From positions 3,616,001 through 3,680,000 of the forward strand of contig OY762911.1 in NCBI GenBank assembly GCA_963666565.1: a stretch of 64,000 bases of DNA, in the 5' to 3' direction. This stretch comes from Thermoanaerobaculia bacterium (GTDB lineage Bacteria; Acidobacteriota; Thermoanaerobaculia; Multivoradales; Multivoraceae). Position numbers and translations under genes: made by a program. The first letter of the stretch is position 1. Each line of letters begins with the position of its first letter. The notes beneath the pieces were generated by a model. The model made no database searches, was not told the DNA's origin, and saw only the letters and a program-made list of their open reading frames with translations. Shown here piece after piece: positions 38,526-47,008 of the stretch.

Positions 38526-39798
38526 CGAGCCGAGCCACCAGGGTCAGCTTTCCCCCGGCATCCAGGCAGTCGGGCAGATCCTCGATGGCGAACTCGTCAG
38601 CCGTCGTCGCGAACCGGAGCGCCGGCCACACGCCGGCCGGCAGCCTGAGTTCCCGGCCACCGAACCGGAGGAGGCACGACTCCCCGTCCGTCACGGCTTC
38701 GGTAAGCAGCCCGGCCCGGCGCCTTACCCGCGAGCGGGGCGTCAGCCGGTCTCCGTGGAGCCGCTGGCTGAGCAGGTCCGTGAACAGGGGTACGTCGGCG
38801 GCGAGGACCTCGTCCGCGAAGCGGCGCCACACGACCTCGGCATCGAATCGCGACTGCACGAACGCCAGCTTCTCGCCGAACAGGCGCTCTCGCTCGGCCA
38901 GGGGGAACTCCTCGCGAGCGAAGTCGCGAGGAAGATTCCGGCGCAGCGATTCTTCCTCGAGCGCCGCCGCGGCGACGCTCTCGACGAGGAACTCGGCCCA
39001 CGTGAACGCCGTGAGCCCGAGCGTGACGTGCAACGACGTCTGCCCTGTCGAACGGGCCGAGTGCATCAGACCTCGTGGAAGGTAGAGGGCGCTGCCCGGG
39101 CCGAGCTCGAACTCCTCGCTGACGTCGCCGGGAGGCGTACCGCGTTCGAAGCCCTGGCCCCGGAGTGGCAGTTTCACCTTGGTGTCGTAGATCGACCACC
39201 GCTTGGTGCCGCTGATCTGCAACACGAAGACGTCGTGGGTGTCCCAATGCGGGGCGAACCCCTGCGCCTCGGGCGGCGTGAGATACACGTTGGTCTGGGC
39301 CCGCGACGAGAAGCGCCGTCCGAGCGCGCCGCACAACCGAGCCAGCGTCGGTACGCGCGTTTGAAGCTGGTTGAAGATGACGGTCGCGCCGTCGTCGAAG
39401 TGCCTGGCGACCTCAAGCGGCTGGACCCTGCCGGCGTCGTTCGCGTACTCGCGGGAGGCAACGTCACCGTCGGCACGAATCAGCTTGATGTCGCGATGAC
39501 CGGCCGAGTGGGTGCCGAGCACGGTGTCGAGGTCGCTCACCGAGAGCAGCCCGGCGTAGTACGCCGGCGCGTCGCGCCGGATGTGAAGAAACCGTTGCTC
39601 GTAGTAGTCGTTCTCGAACTCCGCCGGCGGCAGCGGATCGAGGAGCCAGGCGAACCAGTCGCGGTCGTGACGTCCGACCGCCCGCGGTCGGGCGCTCGGA
39701 CCGTGACGCTGGTGACGCGCGGACGCGCCGCCAGGGTTCGCCGATCCCGGCCCGGTGTGGTCCGTCGTCATCCGGGCGCTTCCTGCGTCGTGGTCCAT
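38434..39798 (-). CDS. JmjC/cupin_4 Fe(II)/2-oxoglutarate oxygenase (NO66/YcfD-like protein hydroxylase)
   Basis: NVYLTPP.AQGFAPHWDTHDVFVLQISGTKRW...LYLPRGLMH (HxD...H triad plus Lys); C-terminal winged-helix-like LVARLVREG. Start uncertain (39798 or 39771). Confidence 0.88.
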   Translation of the reverse strand: MDHDAGSARMTTDHTGPGSANPGGASARHQRHGPSARPRAVGRHDRDWFAWLLDPLPPAEFENDYYEQRFLHIRRDAPAYYAGLLSVSDLDTVLGTHSAGHRDIKLIRADGDVASREYANDAGRVQPLEVARHFDDGATVIFNQLQTRVPTLARLCGALGRRFSSRAQTNVYLTPPEAQGFAPHWDTHDVFVLQISGTKRWSIYDTKVKLPLRGQGFERGTPPGDVSEEFELGPGSALYLPRGLMHSARSTGQTSLHVTLGLTAFTWAEFLVESVAAAALEEESLRRNLPRDFAREEFPLAERERLFGEKLAFVQSRFDAEVVWRRFADEVLAADVPLFTDLLSQRLHGDRLTPRSRVRRRAGLLTEAVTDGESCLLRFGGRELRLPAGVWPALRFATTADEFAIEDLPDCLDAGGKLTLVARLVREGVLHPPAPAEHRLPSALRRSGSPVRRR

Positions 39799-39842
39799 CG
39801 TGGTTCGTTCTCGCGCATTGGCTCCGGCAATCGGGCCGCAGC

Positions 39843-39908
39843 TTGACACCCAAGGCCCGCATCTCTACCATACCGGACTCAGTCGGTCTCATTTTCCGAA
39901 CTCAGGAG
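39843..39908 (+). promoter_or_regulatory. near-consensus sigma70 promoter and RBS of the small Tat-lipopeptide gene
   Basis: TTGACA(39843)-17 bp-TACCAT(39866); AGGAG at 39904-39908; direct repeat CCG(G/A)ACTCAG at 39873 and 39896. Confidence 0.75.
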
Positions 39909-39915
39909 CAAGGTC

Positions 39916-40164
39916 ATGGGCAGATCCGAGAACAGCGAGCCTGAAGTCAATCGTCCCGGCACGCCGATGTCGCTGACGGACGAGGACATCGCCACTGTCC
40001 GAGTCGATCGCCGCTCGTTCCTTTCTCGCGCGGTCGCGGTCGGATCGCTCGCGGCGGCCGCCGCCTTGACGACGGCCTGCCCCGGCGGGACCGACTCCGA
40101 CGGCGAGGGCGACGCCGCTGCCCCGGCCGAATCCGAGCAGGCGACGGACTCCGATCAGCAGTAG
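39916..40164 (+). CDS. small Tat-signal lipopeptide with acidic 28-aa mature part
   Basis: Own promoter and RBS; DRRSFL twin-arginine motif, hydrophobic stretch, lipobox-like TTAC; mature CPGGTDSDGEGDAAAPAESEQATDSDQQ. Confidence 0.8.
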   Translation: MGRSENSEPEVNRPGTPMSLTDEDIATVRVDRRSFLSRAVAVGSLAAAAALTTACPGGTDSDGEGDAAAPAESEQATDSDQQ

Positions 40165-40169
40165 AAGCG

Positions 40170-41312
40170 CTGTCCCTGCGCAGGGCGATCTTCTGGATCC
40201 ATCTGGCGGTCGGCGTCGCCGCCGCCGTCGTTGTCCTCATGCTGGCGGTGACCGGCGTGATCCTCACCTACGAGGCGCAGCTCAACGAATGGGCGCTGCG
40301 CGACTATCGCGCGGACCCGCCCTCCCCGGGCGTCGCGCCGCTCGGGCTCGACGACTTGATCGCGCGCGTCTCAGGCGGGCCGGCCGCCGGTCTCGTCACT
40401 TCCGCCGCGTTGCACAGGGATCCGCGACAGCCGGCGGTCGTCGGGCTCGACGATGGCGCCACCGTCTATGTCGACCGCTTCACCGGCGAGCGGCTGGGCA
40501 ACGGCGACACGCGGACGCGACGCTTCCTCCGCGGCGTCATGCACTGGCACCGGTGGTTCGCCCTCGACGGGGAGCACCGGATCATCGGCCGGACGGCGGT
40601 GGCAATCGCCAACCTCGGGTTCCTGTTTCTGCTCGTCAGCGGGGTCTACCTCTGGTGGCCGTCGACCCGCAGCCGCGCCGCCTGGAAACACGCCCTGTGG
40701 TTTCGGCCGCGCCTCAGGGGACGGGCGCGCGACTACAACTGGCACAAGGTGATCGGCTTCTGGTCGGCCGTTCCGCTCGTCATCATCGTCTTCAGCGGGG
40801 CCACCATCTCGTATCAATGGGCCGCCGACCTCGTCCATCGGCTGGCGGGCGACACGCCGCCGTTTCAGCAGTCGCCGCGGCCGCTGTCGGACGCGCGGGA
40901 GACTCCCTCCGTCGCGCCGGACCCGGTGACCCCGCTCTTCGAGCTGCAGGCACTGGCCGCGCAGGCCGCCGCCGAGACGCCCGGATGGCGGACGCTCACG
41001 ATCGACCTTCCCGAGGCGATTCACGATCCCGTCGTGGTCACGGTCGACCGCGGGACGGGCCGCCAGCCGTCGAAGCGCGAGGACCTGCTGTTCGACCGGG
41101 CGACCGGCGAACTGGTCGGGCGCGCCGGCTATCCGACCTTCACGCGCGGCTTCAAGATTCGCCGTTGGCTGCGGTTTGCCCACACCGGAGAGGTGTACGG
41201 CGTGGTCGGGCAGACGATCGCCGGCCTCGTGTCCCTCGGCGTAGCCGTCCTGGTCTGGACCGGTCTCGCGATGAGCTGGCGCCGTTTCTTCGGCCGCACC
41301 GGCCGGACCTGA
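40170..41312 (+). CDS. PepSY-associated TM helix protein (iron-uptake/ferric reductase-like)
   Basis: LRRAIFWIHLAVG, VYVDRFTGE, MHWHRW, SGVYLWWP, YNWHKVIG, LRFAHTGE; conserved His residues. The first helix lies upstream of the first ATG (40239). Confidence 0.88.
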   Translation: MSLRRAIFWIHLAVGVAAAVVVLMLAVTGVILTYEAQLNEWALRDYRADPPSPGVAPLGLDDLIARVSGGPAAGLVTSAALHRDPRQPAVVGLDDGATVYVDRFTGERLGNGDTRTRRFLRGVMHWHRWFALDGEHRIIGRTAVAIANLGFLFLLVSGVYLWWPSTRSRAAWKHALWFRPRLRGRARDYNWHKVIGFWSAVPLVIIVFSGATISYQWAADLVHRLAGDTPPFQQSPRPLSDARETPSVAPDPVTPLFELQALAAQAAAETPGWRTLTIDLPEAIHDPVVVTVDRGTGRQPSKREDLLFDRATGELVGRAGYPTFTRGFKIRRWLRFAHTGEVYGVVGQTIAGLVSLGVAVLVWTGLAMSWRRFFGRTGRT

Positions 41313-41388
41313 CGGCCCACGTCCCCCATGCAACGCGGGCCGCCGCGCCTTCCCGCCGGCCCAGGAACTGCGGAGACGGATTCGAAGC

Positions 41389-42495
41389 CTACTCGGCGCC
41401 GGTGCTGGCGCCGCTCAGGGCCTCCGACTCGAGGAGGCGGGCGCCGCGGAGGGTGCCGCCCATCGAGTAGTTGCCTTCGTGGCAGGCGTACTCGTAGACG
41501 AGGCCGTCGGCGGCCTTCCACAGGTACTCGCCGGTCCACGGCGCTTCCCAGACGGTGTCGTCCTCGACGGTGAAGTTGTAGATCACGTTGCCATCGTGCT
41601 GCACGGAGAAGCGCTCGACGACGTGGGTGTTCTCGGAACCGCCGCGGAAGCCGCGTCCGCCGACGCGGAAGTTCGTCGTGTCGACGACGAGGGTGTCGCC
41701 TTCCCACCAGCCGATCGAGTCGCCCAGCCACTTCGTGACCTCGGGACCCGGATGCTCCGAGTTCAGGCGCACGATGCGGGCGTCGTGGATCATCTCGAGC
41801 AGGATCATGACGTGAGTCTCGGTCTGCACGATCCGCTTGTAGTTGTTGTACAGGCTCGGGAACGTCGGCGCGGCGCCGGTGAAGCCGGCGAGGCAGCGCT
41901 CGCTCGTGGGGAGCGACTCGGGGCCGTCGTAGGGGCCGGGGCCGTCGTGCTCGACCCACCAGGCCGTTCCGTCATTCGGACGGATGAGGCCGGCGAGAGC
42001 GGTCCTCATCCGCTGCTGCGCCGCCGCCGTCATGGACGGCATCCGGCCGTTCGGCGGATCGATGATGATCGAGGTCGGGATCTGCCCGTCGACCAAGTAG
42101 GTGTCGGTTCCCCGGTCGATCCAGAACAGGTTGTAGCCGCCGACGTTGCCGGCGCCGAACTCGTTGCCGCCGCCGGCGGTGTGTTCCAGACCGACGACCT
42201 TGGCCCCGCCCTCGGGCGGCGCCTCGCGGTTCGCGTCCGACTGGGCGACCGCGCCTTCCTGGATCAGCCGCTCTTCCTCCGCGATCTCCGCGGCTTCCTC
42301 GGGCGTCAGGTACGCCCGCTCGCCGAGATGCACCGGCCGCTCCAGCGGAGTCAGCGTGGCGGCGTCGTAGGTGCCGGTCAGGTCGGGACGGCCGCTCGCG
42401 GTTCGTGGAATGTCGTCGCTCTGCGCGGCCAGGGCCGGGGCGAAGGCGAGGGCCAGAACGAGAACCGAAGACAGGCTTGCGGTGCGCTTCATCAT
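41389..42495 (-). CDS. conserved secreted hypothetical protein
   Basis: Signal peptide; PRTASGRPDLTG, ERCL, GDSIGWWEGDTLVVDTTNF, YEYACHEGNY motifs of a widespread uncharacterised family. Confidence 0.8.
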   Translation of the reverse strand: MMKRTASLSSVLVLALAFAPALAAQSDDIPRTASGRPDLTGTYDAATLTPLERPVHLGERAYLTPEEAAEIAEEERLIQEGAVAQSDANREAPPEGGAKVVGLEHTAGGGNEFGAGNVGGYNLFWIDRGTDTYLVDGQIPTSIIIDPPNGRMPSMTAAAQQRMRTALAGLIRPNDGTAWWVEHDGPGPYDGPESLPTSERCLAGFTGAAPTFPSLYNNYKRIVQTETHVMILLEMIHDARIVRLNSEHPGPEVTKWLGDSIGWWEGDTLVVDTTNFRVGGRGFRGGSENTHVVERFSVQHDGNVIYNFTVEDDTVWEAPWTGEYLWKAADGLVYEYACHEGNYSMGGTLRGARLLESEALSGASTGAE

Positions 42496-42605
42496 GGGAA
42501 ATCTCCAGTGGATGCAGGGTCGATAGGCCTAGTGTACTCCAGAGAAGCTGGCCGGCGGGCTGTGAGAACGACCCGGCCACACCGGCCCGTGCGAGGGGAG
42601 CTCTG

Positions 42606-43910
42606 CTACGGCGAGGCCCCTTGGTCGGTCGGACTCCTCGCGGCTTCCGCCGCCCGGAGGACCCGCAGGAAGTTGCCGCCCCAGATCTTCGCGATGTCCT
42701 CTTCGCTGTAGCCGCGCTCCAGCAGGCCGACGGTGACGCCCAGTGCCTCGCTCGCGTCCGCGAAGCCCTCGACGCCGCCGCCGTGGTTGAAGTCCGTCCC
42801 GATGCCGACGTGGTCCACGCCGATCCGGTCGACAATGTAGTCGAGGTGGTCGAGCATGGCGTCGACGCTGCCGGGGCCCAGCAGGTCGCCGATCGACTGC
42901 GTGAAAGCGGCCCTGGCCTCGGGATCGTCGATCTCCCAGTAGAGCTCGAAGGGATAGAGGTAGTCCTCGAGGACGCCGGCCGCGCGCCGCGCCTCGCGGA
43001 GCGCCTCGTCCAGAGCGGCATCGTTCGAGTCGTAGAGGTAGCCCCGGAACGGGCAGACGTGAATCACGCCGCCGCCCGCGCCGATGCCGTCGATCTCCTC
43101 GTCGCTCAGGTTGCGGCTGACGTCGGTGAGCCGGCGCACGTTGGAGTGGCTCGCGATGACCGGCGCCGTCGAGACGTCCAGCACCTGCAGGGTGGCGTCC
43201 CGCGACAACTGCGTCACGTCGACGACGCCGCCCAGGGCGTTGATCCGCTCGATGGCCGCGACGCCCGGGTCGGACAGGCCGCCGTGCTCGGCCGCTTCGT
43301 GCGTGCCCTTGGCCGCGTCGAAGACGGGCCGCGACGAGTCGGCGAAGTCGTTGTGCCCCATGTGGGTGAGCGCGAAGACGCGGGCGCCGGCCCGGTGGAA
43401 CTCGTCGAGCGCCGAGACGTCCGTGCCGAGGATCATCGCGTTCTGGAAACCGAGGACAAGAGCCGCCTTGCCCTGCTCGTGGGCGGCGACGATCTCGTCG
43501 GCGGACAGCGCGACCACCGCGTCGTTCGCCGGATCCGCCGCCAGCGCGTGGACGGCCGCCACTTCCGCGTCCGCCCTCGCCCGCGCCGCGGCGTACCCTT
43601 CCGGCGTCCGCGGCCCGGGCCCGACCGCGACCGACATGACGACCGCGTCGACGCCGCCGGCGTGCAGCTTGGCCGGCGCGACCTGCGACAGCCCGTCGTC
43701 GCCGACGTAGGGGGACGGCGCGTCGGTAAGTTCGGCGTCCGCGTGGGCGTCGAGAACGAGTACGCGCTCGTGGATCGCGCGGGCCCGTTCCAGCAGTGCT
43801 TCCGGCGACGCGGCGGCGTCCGACGCGCTCTCGCTCCCGGGACCGCCGCAACCGACGCAGAGCAAGGCCGCGGCGACCGTCAGGGACCGGAACTTCGCGT
43901 TTCCTCTCAT
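42606..43910 (-). CDS. membrane dipeptidase (M19) lipoprotein
   Basis: DAHAD, ASHSN, RNLSDEEI, HVGIGTDF, WGGNFLRV; lipobox CVGC; start moved to ATG 43910. Confidence 0.88.
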   Translation of the reverse strand: MRGNAKFRSLTVAAALLCVGCGGPGSESASDAAASPEALLERARAIHERVLVLDAHADAELTDAPSPYVGDDGLSQVAPAKLHAGGVDAVVMSVAVGPGPRTPEGYAAARARADAEVAAVHALAADPANDAVVALSADEIVAAHEQGKAALVLGFQNAMILGTDVSALDEFHRAGARVFALTHMGHNDFADSSRPVFDAAKGTHEAAEHGGLSDPGVAAIERINALGGVVDVTQLSRDATLQVLDVSTAPVIASHSNVRRLTDVSRNLSDEEIDGIGAGGGVIHVCPFRGYLYDSNDAALDEALREARRAAGVLEDYLYPFELYWEIDDPEARAAFTQSIGDLLGPGSVDAMLDHLDYIVDRIGVDHVGIGTDFNHGGGVEGFADASEALGVTVGLLERGYSEEDIAKIWGGNFLRVLRAAEAARSPTDQGASP

Positions 43911-43936
43911 CTCTTCAGCCCTCCCCGGACCATCCG

Positions 43937-44956
43937 TCACGACGCCACGCGCACGATCCGCGTCCCCACGTTGCCGCCGGCCAGCAGATCGACGAACGCC
44001 TCCGGCGCCCGCTCCAGACCCTCGAAGACGTCCTGCTTCGGCACCAGTCTGCCGGCCTCGACCCACTCGCGCATCCGGGTCCAAGCCTCCGGATAGCGTT
44101 TCGCGTAGTCGAACACGAGGAAGCCCTCCATGCGGACGCGGAAGTTGATCAGGAGGCCCGGGACGCCGAACGGTCCCGGCGACGGCTTGGACGTGTCGTA
44201 CTGGGAGACGACGCCGCAGCAGACGATGCGGCCACCGACCTTCATCCGCCGCAGCGCGCTGCCAAGGACCTCGCCGCCGGTGTTGTCGAAGTAGATGTCG
44301 ATGCGATCGGGCGTCGCCTCGTTGAAGTCGCTCCGGAAGCTCGGGCTCTTGTAGTCGACGGCAGCGTCGAAGCCGAGCTCCTCGGTGAGCAGACGGCACT
44401 TCGCCTCGCCGCCGGCCACGCCGACGACGCGGCAGCCGACGACCTTCGCCATCTGGCCGACAAGGTGGCCTACCGAACCGGCGGCGGCCGAGACGAGGAC
44501 GGTCTGCCCTTCCTTCGGCTCGCCCACGTCGAACAGCCCGAAATACGCCGTCAGCCCGTTCGTGCCGTAGACGCCGAGGTGGTGGGCCGGGTCACCGCCG
44601 CTGTCGCCCTCATCGACGAGACGGACCTTCGCCGCCTCGTGTAACGAGTAGTCCTGCCAACCGGCGGGACAAACGACGAGCGAGCCGACCGGAATCTCAT
44701 CGTCATTGGACGCCTCGACGCGAGCGACCGCGGTGCCGCTCATCACGACGCCCGCACGAGGCGCGCCGGCGTAGCTCGCGCTGCCCTGGAGACCCGCCCG
44801 CTGGCCGGCGCCGATCGTGATCGCGAGCGTGCGGCACAGCACCTCGCCCTCGCCCGGCGCCGGCGCCGGCGCCTCGACGGTCCGCAGCGCGTAGTTGCCG
44901 GGCTCGAGCCGGTCCGTCGGCAGCGAGTCGATGATGATCTGGCGGTTCTCGGTCAT
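43937..44956 (-). CDS. NADP-dependent oxidoreductase (PTGR/CurA-like, MDR family)
   Basis: GLTAYFGL, VSAAAGSVG, YFDNTGG, CGVVSQY, GGNVG. Confidence 0.92.
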   Translation of the reverse strand: MTENRQIIIDSLPTDRLEPGNYALRTVEAPAPAPGEGEVLCRTLAITIGAGQRAGLQGSASYAGAPRAGVVMSGTAVARVEASNDDEIPVGSLVVCPAGWQDYSLHEAAKVRLVDEGDSGGDPAHHLGVYGTNGLTAYFGLFDVGEPKEGQTVLVSAAAGSVGHLVGQMAKVVGCRVVGVAGGEAKCRLLTEELGFDAAVDYKSPSFRSDFNEATPDRIDIYFDNTGGEVLGSALRRMKVGGRIVCCGVVSQYDTSKPSPGPFGVPGLLINFRVRMEGFLVFDYAKRYPEAWTRMREWVEAGRLVPKQDVFEGLERAPEAFVDLLAGGNVGTRIVRVAS

Positions 44957-45008
44957 GGCTGGCTCCGGGGATCGTGGGTTTCACCGGCCGCGCGCCGGTC
45001 GCGGCACC

Positions 45009-45608
45009 CTATCCTCCGCCGCCGTCGCCCAACCGCTTCTCGATCCGCAGCAGCGAGTCCCTGATCTCGCCCAGCAGCTTCGCCGATTCCACGCTCGCCT
45101 CGCCCTCCGCGGCCGTGGCGGGCGCCGACGCGGATGACGCTGCCCCAGCCCTCCCGATCCGCTCGCGTTGCGCCAGAACGGCCGCGCGGAACTCCTCGGT
45201 CCCCTCGATGCCGACCAGCTTGATCAGGCTGCCCGGACCGGACTGGCCGGCCGTCTCCACCGACAGACCGCGCAGGCCGAGGTGCCGCATGATCGGCCCG
45301 TGGGACATCGCCAGATCCGTGATCTTGTCCAGCGGAACCGTCTTCTCCTGCCGCACCAAGACGCCCCGCGCGACGTGGAGGTTCTTCTCGGTCAGCACGC
45401 AGCGAACGCGCTCCAAGTAGCGGCCCGTCAGGGCGTGGCCGATGGGAAACCAGAGGATGAGAAGGGGTATCCCGACGATGCTGACGGTCAACACGAACGC
45501 ACCCGTCAGCAACCAGTAGGTGCGCACCCTCGGGTTGAAGGTCGCCTCGCGGAGGATCGGCTCCTCGCCCGTGTGCAGGTCCGGATCGGCCATGGCGCTG
45601 TCGTTCAT
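45009..45608 (-). CDS. bPH_2 (YdbS-like) membrane protein
   Basis: TM hairpin, RGVLVRQEKTVPLDKITD...GPIMR...VETAG; GGAG RBS before ATG 45608. Confidence 0.82.
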   Translation of the reverse strand: MNDSAMADPDLHTGEEPILREATFNPRVRTYWLLTGAFVLTVSIVGIPLLILWFPIGHALTGRYLERVRCVLTEKNLHVARGVLVRQEKTVPLDKITDLAMSHGPIMRHLGLRGLSVETAGQSGPGSLIKLVGIEGTEEFRAAVLAQRERIGRAGAASSASAPATAAEGEASVESAKLLGEIRDSLLRIEKRLGDGGGG

Positions 45609-45882
45609 GCGCGGCTCCCTGGTCAAGCGGTTCGCCGGTGTGGCGGCGGCGCTCCACATGCGGCGTCCGACCCCGCTGCCCGGCGCCTTCGAGAGTACCT
45701 TGCCTGTCTTTCGGTTCGTCCGGCGAGACGATCGGGCAGAGCCGCGTCTTCCGGATCTCACTGCCAGTGACGCGCTCATTCCGACGTGCCAGTTCGACCA
45801 CGGCATCGGCTCGTTCTCCATGAACCCGGTCACGGTTTCCAGTTCCGCATCGACGCTGATCGACATCTGAGACACGTTACAC

Positions 45883-45911
45883 TCGACAAATACGCCTTTT
45901 TTCGGTACTTT
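45883..45911 (+). promoter_or_regulatory. promoter of the AbiE operon (probably leaderless)
   Basis: TCGACA-17 bp-TACTTT ending 6 nt before GTG 45918. Confidence 0.6.
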
Positions 45912-45917
45912 TCATGA

Positions 45918-46721
45918 GTGAGATCCACGCCAACCCGCCCTCGGGCAGCCGACCTGCTTCGCGACTGGGCCTCCCGCGGTCGCTATCACTTCTCGACAGA
46001 GGAACTCGCCGACGAACTCGGCGTATCGCTGACGGCAGCGAGGTCGGGGCTCAGGCGTCTCAAGAGGAAGAGGCTCGTGGCGACTCCTTACCGAGGCTTT
46101 CACGTCGCTATCCCGCCAGAGCACCAGAGACTCGGCTGTCTGCCCGCCGAGCAGTTCGTGCCTCAACTCATGGGCCGGCTTGGAGTCCCCTACTACGCCG
46201 GGCTCTTGACGTCCGCTCGATACCGCGGCGCCGCACACCAGCAGCCGCAGGTCTTCCAGGTCGTCGTCCCCAGGAACCGGCCGCCGATCCACTGTGGACT
46301 GGTCAAGGTCGCCTTTGTCGCTCGCCGCAACGGAGCGGCGATGCCGACAGAGAGGGTGAACACGCCGCGAGGCTTCCTCCGGATCGCTTCTCCCGAGGCC
46401 ACGGCCTACGACCTCGTCGGCTACCAAGGGCACTGTGGCGGGCTTGAGAACGTTGCCACTGTTCTCTCGGAACTCGGAGAGAGTCTGGATCCGGCAAGAC
46501 TCTCGTCGCTCGGCGAGTTCTCGCCCATTCCCTGGTCCCAGCGGCTCGGTTTCCTCCTCGACCTGGTCGGGCATTCGTCCCGGTCCAGGTCCCTCGCCGA
46601 CTTCGTGGAGAATCGCGCGACGGCAACAGCGGTTCTGGTCCCCGGCGGAAGCAAGGCCTCCGCCAACCGCAATGCACGCTGGAAACTCCTGGTCAACGCC
46701 GACCTGGAACCGGACCTTTGA
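45918..46721 (+). CDS. abiEi: type IV TA antitoxin, AbiEi family
   Basis: GRYHFS N-terminal wHTH, YYAGLLTSA..GAAHQQPQVFQV, SPEATAYDLV, SQRLGFLLD, RWKLLVN. Confidence 0.88.
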   Translation: MRSTPTRPRAADLLRDWASRGRYHFSTEELADELGVSLTAARSGLRRLKRKRLVATPYRGFHVAIPPEHQRLGCLPAEQFVPQLMGRLGVPYYAGLLTSARYRGAAHQQPQVFQVVVPRNRPPIHCGLVKVAFVARRNGAAMPTERVNTPRGFLRIASPEATAYDLVGYQGHCGGLENVATVLSELGESLDPARLSSLGEFSPIPWSQRLGFLLDLVGHSSRSRSLADFVENRATATAVLVPGGSKASANRNARWKLLVNADLEPDL

Positions 46722-46837
46722 TCCCCGCGGACTTCATCGCCGAATGGCGGGAGCAGGTCCCCTGGGTTCAGGAGTCGCAGGTGGAACAGGATCTGGTCAT
46801 CAGCCGAGCCCCCTGGAAGGGGATCAAGGAAGGCTGA
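46718..46837 (+). pseudogene. abiEii: AbiEii nucleotidyltransferase toxin remnant (large internal deletion)
   Basis: TTGA overlap with abiEi; translates MIPADFIAEWREQVPWVQESQVEQDLVISRA-PWKGIKEG*, only 39 aa. Confidence 0.8.
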
Positions 46838-47008
46838 CGATCACGGCCGCAGCCGTTGAAGAAGCGTCCCGCCATCGGTCCGAGGTCCGAAGCTCAACCC
46901 CGGGAACCAGTGCCTGCACTGGCGACTTGCCCCGCGCCAGATCCCGGCGGGACGATAGGATGCGCCCTTGTCTCCAGGACAGGTTTCAGGAGCGAAGGAG
47001 GAAGGCGG

